Below the pieces are notes generated by a model that did not search any database, was not told the DNA's origin, and worked only from the letters and a program-made list of their open reading frames with translations. This document shows, one piece after another, positions 57,100 to 64,000 of a stretch of DNA of 64,000 nt; position 1 is the first letter of the stretch; every line of letters begins with the position of its first letter. A program made the translations under genes and the position numbers. The DNA comes from the human T2T-CHM13v2.0 reference genome, Homo sapiens. The stretch lies in the NCBI RefSeq assembly GCF_009914755.1, contig NC_060927.1; one strand, written 5' to 3'.

Positions 57100-57640
57100 A
57101 GGAGATGTGTCACTAGTGAGTGAGACCTCACACATTACCTCTGCAGCACTGGGCCAGTCATGAACCTCTCTGAGCCTCAGTTTCCTCATCTGTGTAATAG
57201 GAAAATAATACCTACCTTCAATGAAGAGTACCTAACATTCCTGAGTAGGTTCTCTATGCCAGGCACTTATCTAACTGCCTTACATGCATGAAATCTCTTC
57301 CTCACCATAATCTTGTGAAATAGTAGCAGGTAATTTATTGTTCCCAATTTTGGATGAGGAAACTGAGAGACAAAGGACCTTCCCAGAAAACACAATGGTG
57401 GAGTCAGGATTTTGATTCAGGCAACCTGACTCCTTGCTTTTAACCACTTACCCCAGTGGGTCTCACACTTGAGTGTGCATTGGTATCACCTAGAGGTATT
57501 GTTAAAACAAAGATCACAGGCCCCACCTTTGGGCTCCTGATTCAGCAGGTCTAGAGTGGAACTGGAGAACATGCAGTTCTCACAAGTTTCCAGGTGCTGC
57601 TGATGCTGCTGGTCCAGGGACCATGCTTTGAGAACCACTG
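57100..57640. mobile_element. Two MIRs (opposite orientations) and a MER5A
   Basis: CTCTCTGAGCCTCAGTTTCCTCATCTGT and GATGAGGAAACTGAG. CAGTGGGTCTCA...TTTGAGAACCACTG at ~57454-57640. Confidence 0.8.
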
Positions 57641-60339
57641 TATTACCCCAGCCTACCTTCCTGAGAATTAGTGATAATAGACATAAAGCTCCTGCTTCAG
57701 GAAATAATAGTGATCGAGGTTCTTGAGATACCCAGAAAGAAGGGAACAAACCCTCACACTTTTGGCATGAAGTGATTGATGGGAAAGGCTGGTTCGCATC
57801 TTGTGTCTCTTCCACTGGCACATTTAGCTCCAGGGGGGCTTTCCTAACACCTTCAAAGAAGCTCTGTGGGGAGAATTATGTCAGTGAGACCCCAATGCTC
57901 TAAATTTCAGCTACATATGCTGCCTCATCATCTCACAGAAGACTAAATCCAATTTGGACCCTTAGTTAAAAACACACTTTGCACAAGGGTCAGTGGCCCA
58001 TAGCCCTGAGAGCCAGGCTAAAGAGATGGAACCTGCAGCCATGCTGTGCAGCCCAGGGTGTGGCTCACAGAAAGGGGACTGCTCAGCCAGCACACCTGCA
58101 GCCACTGGGAGTCCGGTGGGCGGAGGTCACACGGGGGCAAGTGGGAGATGTTTAATTAATGTTCCCGGGTCAAGGGTAATGGGAAAGGAGGTGATTTGTG
58201 GAGAATCCTTGGAGATTATGCCCCACCTTTCCACACCCTCTCCCTGCCCCTTCCAGCACTCAAAGACATGAATGACTGGTAGAGAGGTAGATAAATCTAC
58301 AGATTGTATGTTTATTGTATCACCTGGGTGTCCAAATACATTCACACACTACTGAAATTATGTGCTTCTTCCTGCCTTCCACCTCTCCATATGTCTCCTT
58401 CCCACCACGTTACATGTGGAGCCAGGTCACTGGATTCTTGCCGAGGCCACCTGGGATAATTGAAATTAAATGAGAACGTAAAGTTTTCCTTGACCATGCA
58501 CTTAAGAAGAGAGCAGAGAAATTAGTGAGGGTTGAGGAATAGGACTTTAGGAATATCGGAGGGCAGGAAGACTGAGACATAGAGCAGGAAGAAGAGAATC
58601 TACAAAGTATCAGTTAAAATGAAAGGTTCTAACAGTTCCCTCGCGTTCTAAGAAGGCCTTTTCGGGGAGCCTGGGAATTTCATCATCTTTTCAGAAATAT
58701 TAGTGGCTCTGGCACCAACTGGCTGAGGGCATGGTGAGGTCACTGTCAGTGAAGCAAGGGGGAAGGCACAGCCATGACAGGGATCAGCCACAAACAGGCA
58801 CCATCCAGAGCCCTCCAAGGACACTCAGTGCTAAAAGAGGCCTTAAGATTCCTATCAGCCCGAGTTCTGCATTGGCTGAGACTTGCAGTCCGTGTAGAAG
58901 TCATAGAGCCATTTCTGAAAGTAGTGAGAGGTTTTGTATTGTTCAAGATATCATTGGGACAGCAGGCAGGAGCATAGTAGAGGGGAATCCCTGAGGTCAC
59001 AGAAAGGTGGCCAAAAGAGGAAGGGTGTGTCTGGATCACACTGGAAGGTCACTCGAGTTGACTGAGGTCCAATGGCAACTATGTTCACCACTAGGGAGTC
59101 TCTTGAGACCAGCCATTTCCAAATGAGAACAGTTATACAGAGGTCTGAGAACAAATTATCAGTCCCTCTCAGAGAGTGCAAGCCCTGGTAGGGGGTGGAA
59201 GGATGTGTTCTGCAGACCTGATTAAGAGTGGATGGGATGGATAGACCTCCATCACTCACCGGGGAAAAAGGAGAGCTCTCCCTCCTGCATCCCTCCTGGG
59301 CTGGCCTTGTTATCACTGGTCCTTGAGGGGTTCTCATGCCGCTGTGAGTCATGACTTAGCACATAGTATCCTAGCAGAAGCTTGTGGTAATTCTCCAAAT
59401 GAAAGTGGCCACAGGGCACATCCTACTCACCTATGTACTCAGCACTCAGCACACTGTCTGACACACGGAAGATGCTCAATAAATGTGTGGTGACTAAAAT
59501 AAGTTTGAATTGAGAAAGTTTAACATGTCATTATTTCACCTACAAAAGTCCATGACCTTAAAGAGCATGCTTTAAAATAATTTAATCCCTGGGTATTTAG
59601 TTGGAATCTTTCTCAATTACTCTAACTGCTATCAATCGTAGCCTATTCTAATTTTAGTTTTGTGAAGTTTAAAATGCTCCTTTTAAACCCTGTTTGAATC
59701 TTTAAAATAATGTCACAGTTTTCCCCAGAGCCCAAGCCTGGGGTGAGGCAGCCTCCCACTGAGTGTCAGTCATCGTGCAAAGGCCTTGAGATGTAGGAAT
59801 GAATTTGATGTTGTCCCTGGTACAATGGCAGCAAATTCGACGGACATTGAAGAGCAGAGGTGAAGGATGGCCCAACCCTCTGAGAGCAGAACCAGGGCTG
59901 TGTCCTGCTGGAAGATGTCTGGCTGAGCGGAGAGGATGGGCAGCACTTCTCTGGCCAGTGAAACTTCATTGGTGTTTTGTACAACTACCTCTAATCTAAG
60001 GCTTTCTTCCAAGAGTTGTTTGTCCTTTCTAAAGCCACTATTACTCTAAGAATTCTTGTGGCCTCCCTTTCACCAGAAGAAAAAAAAATGTTGAAATAAG
60101 AAAACAAAACAAAATTATGGGCAAATGAGCTACTTCTAAGCAGCTGAGAAATACTGTTAAATGAGAGAAGATCTCTTTACCCCAAGAAAACTTTGGTTTT
60201 CTCTTCTGGTCTATTTAAATTCATATTTGCATGTACATGAGCAACTGCTATATTCTGAAAATGGCTTTCTGACAGAATACAATGACAAGTAAATTTCAAC
60301 TACAATTTTTATGGCAGAACTCAATGTTGTAAATAACTC

Positions 60340-61700
60340 CAATGGGAAAATGAAGAGGGCTATGGGAGCATAGAGGCGGCACTACCATTGTCCCAGGCAG
60401 TTAAAGAAGGCAACCCCAGGGTGGTCTGCTAAACTGGAACCTGAGGAATGCAAGGAGTTATCAAGTTGAGGGGGTGATGTCAGTGGTGGAACTCAAATTG
60501 TAGGTAGAAGGAACAGCAAGGGCCAAGGTTCAGAAGCCAGAGAGTACATGACGTGTTTGTGGGCTCACACACTGCTGGAGAGGCTGGAGTATACAGTGCT
60601 CCCTCTGAGCAGCTGGAGGGGTAGCAGGGGCTAGAGCATGATAAGGAATCCAGGTATTACTCTGAGTGTAAGCTGTGGAAAGTAGGTTGAAGCAAGGGAG
60701 TTATATTTTATACAAATCATTCTGGCCACAAAATAGAAAACCGAATGGCAAAAGTTGATTCAGGGAGACTAGTTGAAAGCCTGGTGTAATCATCTCAGCA
60801 GATGATGGCAGCCGGGGTGAAGGCGTAGAAGTAGCAGTGGGGATGGAGAAAAGTGGATTGATTCAAGAAATAAGAAGGAGGCAAGAGCAGCAGAAGGGAA
60901 AGGGGGATTGGCTTTCAGGGGTGAGGGAAGGAAGAGTTGAGGATGACACTCCAAATTTCTGATTTGGGAAAATGGGTGGATGTTGATACCATTCACTGAC
61001 ATAGAGAATACAAAAGGAGGAAGAAATTGTGGGAGAGGGGGACAATACGAATTCGAGTTGCCTATGAGCCATTGGATATAGGGCTGCATAATTCAGCAAA
61101 GAGATCTGGGCTGATGAAATAGATTTGGGAGCCATCCTTTGTCTAGATGGTAATTAAAGCCACAGGAGTAGAGGAGTTCACTGCATGAGAATGTGAGTGG
61201 AGAGGGAAGTGAGCCCACATGGGACCCTGAGAAACAACTATATTTAACAAATGTCCAGGCAAAGGAAGGCTCACAGAGGAGTCTGGACAGAGTCACTACA
61301 GAGAGAGAGAAAAATCAGGAATGTGCAGTGTCCATGGAGCCAATGGGAAAAATCTCAGGGAGGGAATGGTGGTCCCGATTCCCAGTGTTGCCAAAAAGGG
61401 TTAGTATTAGGTAAGGATTAAAAACTGCCCATGTGTTTAGCCACAGGAAGGCCTGGGTGACCATAGTAAGAGCAGTTTCAGCAGAGAGGTGTTGGTAGAA
61501 GATGCTGGCTGAGTCGAGGAAAGAGAGAACATCACAGTCTTTCAAAAAGAGTGACTTTGAAGAGGAGAAGAAAAGTAAGGATGTAGCTGGAGGCTCTTTT
61601 CGGTGGTTGTTATTTTGTTATTTTTTAGTGGGAAAGACTTGAACATGTTTAAAAGCTAATGAAAAAGATTCCACAGAGAGAGAAAAAGAGAAAGAGGATA
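60340..61700. mobile_element. L2 fragment
   Basis: Purine-rich L2 phrases (GGATGGAGAAAAGTGGA, GGATGACACTCCAAATTTCTG, GGTGGATGTTGATACCATTCACTGA, GGTGACCATAGTAAGAGCAGTTTCAG). Confidence 0.75.
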
Positions 61701-62395
61701 ATTGAGAGGGTCAGACCCCAAGAAGGTAGGGAGTTCAGGTGGAGGGATGGTATGGCTTAAAGTGAAGCAATTCCAATTTGGTTTGGAGGATGAATAAAGG
61801 AAGCATGGCATGAGTTCCTGGCAGAGTTCAACCTCAACTTCCAATTTCCTCACAGTCTAATCACTTAGTTCCCACAACCTCTTGTGATGAAGAGCCGTGA
61901 TTGAACTCACAGACCTTGCCATGGCAATGTGAGAGTAATCAGGCAAGCACACCCATTTCTAATGAAATGGGAGAGTGGGCAATGAGAGGATCTAGTGAGA
62001 AAGGAAGATGAAAACATCACAGGCTCTTCTCCTGCTCAGAAGCCCTCAGTGGCTACCCAATACCAGTTTCTGGTCATGCCCACCTCTCCAGGAAATGAAG
62101 GCTGCAGAAAGTGTCCCGTGTCTAAACCGTATGGCTAGAATGAACTGCTTCCAGTTCTGAGCAGCTTGTCCTCCTTTTGCTAGATTGTTGTGGCTCTGTG
62201 TTGACTCTTGGAGATCTCCCTCACCCCCACCCTGAAGCAATTGCCTTCCTCCTCCAGCATACACTAGGAAAGCTCTGGACCCAGGAGGCTGAGCACACAA
62301 GCACCTAACCCCAAATGCCAGTGGAGTATGGCATGCCAACTGGACTTCTGTGTGATCATAGACACCTCAGGGATCTCTGACCAGAGCCAAGATGT

Positions 62396-62549
62396 TTTCA
62401 GACAAGAAAATGCTGATTAGGGCTCCTGTACCAAGTTTGGGTATAAGGTGACACTTATACCTTACATTTATAAATGTAGACATTTCCAGCTGTCACCCTT
62501 ATACCTGAACTTAGTACAAGAGCCCTAATCAGCATTTTCTTCCCTGAAA
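62396..62549. repeat. Long imperfect inverted repeat (58-bp arms, 37-bp loop)
   Basis: AAGAAAATGCTGATTAGGGCTC (62404-62425) is the exact reverse complement of 62520-62541, and pairing extends to 62453/62491. Confidence 0.95.
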
Positions 62550-62709
62550 GTAAAGGGAGTCTTTCTTCTTAGTGGATCTTACATTCTTCTTAGAATGTGA
62601 AGGGAATCTTTCTACCAGCTAATTAGAGGAGGTGCTCCTGTGTTGGGGGCTGAAATTAGGGCCACTTGAGAAGTTCTCAAAAATAATAATCATAAATTAA
62701 ATAATATAA

Positions 62710-63140
62710 ATGGTAATAGCAATTGCCATTTTTTTGAGTGCTTACTACGAGCCAGGCAAACTAATTACTTATACAACTGTTATTATACCCATTTTGAAAG
62801 TGAATTAACTAATAAGGTTCAGAGAAGTTCAAGCAGCTTGTTCTAGATCACACTGAAAAGCAAGGATTGGAACTGAGCCTATTTGCCTGAAGTGTGTTCT
62901 CTGAGTTACCAAGCCATATCCCCACCTGAGCTAGATGCCTTCTGGAAATTCCTACTGGCCACCTGAGTCCTGCCACACAGTGCAGGCAACATATGTACAC
63001 TCTGAGGCTTTGTGTCTATAAAATGGGAGTAATATTCAACCCACAGCGTTTTGCAAGGGTGAAATGAGGGGCCACACATAAATCACATAGTTTAGGTCCT
63101 GGTTGTTGGGAGTACTCAGTAAATGGTGGCTAGTATCAGT
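62710..63140. mobile_element. MIR fragments
   Basis: TTGAGTGCTTACTA..GCCAGGCA, TAAGGTTCAGAGAAGTT and CTATAAAATGGGAGTAATA. Confidence 0.65.
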
Positions 63141-64000
63141 TTACTTTCCTTCTAGCGATTTGGAAACATGATATAAAAATAGAAAATGAATGGGTCCCTG
63201 AGGTTTGTTGTAAAAAGTCGTCTTGCCTTCTGATAAAGGTCAATCCTTAACCTCCATGGATGTGGGGGTTTTGTGAACTTCATGGTTACGTGTAACTGTC
63301 ATCGTAATCATTTCTCCCCTTCGCCTTGCATGTTTGCAGAGATTGGAGCTGAGCTTTGCCTTGCTCCTGGGTGGATTCCCAGGCTGCTTGCCATATTGGA
63401 CCACTGGCTAGATTCTGGAACTTCAATATGTTGTATAGGCACATTGCTTGCTCATTCACACAGGCCTATGGCTTTTCATCCCTGCTATTAAGTCAAATAT
63501 CCTCTTCCGATTAAAGCCCAATTTCTGGGCCTATTAGTCCACATGAAGAGATTTCTTCAGTTAAATAACTGTTCAGAGATTTTCTTGTGACTGAAATGTC
63601 ATCCTCGGGGTCAATCTATTGGGTTTCCAAAAGTGTGGTAAGTGCACCATCAGGGGGTGAGAGAGTTTCAGGACACATGTACCCACATCCTTTACACATT
63701 TATGTTAATGTACACTACAGAAAAATATAGGTAGCACAAAAACATATACATTATTTCACACTAATTATAATGTTCCTTTAAAAATAAGTTTATGAAAGTA
63801 AAACTGGTTCTTGGTTTTAGGGAAATAATGGTAACTAAAAGATAATACAATTAATGTGTGGATATGGTAAAACATTGTGGAGGGAACTGAAAAATTCAAA
63901 TGTGGAAACCTATGAATCCTTATGACCTCTGTCCCCATTTCCCAACACCATCCCTCTTGCACCCATCAAGTCTGTCATGGTCCCTGGTGGCCACTGCTCA

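Overview
This is primate genomic DNA, almost certainly human. It covers the 3' end of the receptor tyrosine kinase gene EPHB1 on the + strand. About 36.6 kb of one long intron comes first, then four coding exons (36599-36748, 43758-43951, 44778-44933, 54471-54579) encoding the kinase C-lobe, linker and SAM domain and ending ...QSPTAMA*. A ~1.3-1.6 kb 3'UTR and ~8 kb of downstream DNA follow. The rest is mostly interspersed repeats: six Alus, old L1M/L2/MIR/MER5/MLT1/Tigger fragments, a complete THE1 (MaLR) LTR element, and a full-length but inactivated L1PA2/PA3-type LINE-1 lying antisense in the last intron. Best leads: (i) the L1 antisense ORF0 is open, and its second splice donor is in phase with the EPHB1 terminal exon ~1 kb downstream, predicting a 99-aa ORF0-EPHB1(SAM C-terminal) fusion and a 'gene-breaking' layout; (ii) a ~650-bp intronic inverted repeat whose arm differences are mostly G.U-compatible on the transcribed strand; (iii) a 154-bp near-perfect hairpin with nested palindromes downstream of the gene; (iv) a perfect U1/5' splice site plus paired CCAAT boxes inside the 3'UTR. 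All four are sequence-based hypotheses, not demonstrated functions. Boundaries and subfamilies of old repeats were judged by eye and are approximate.
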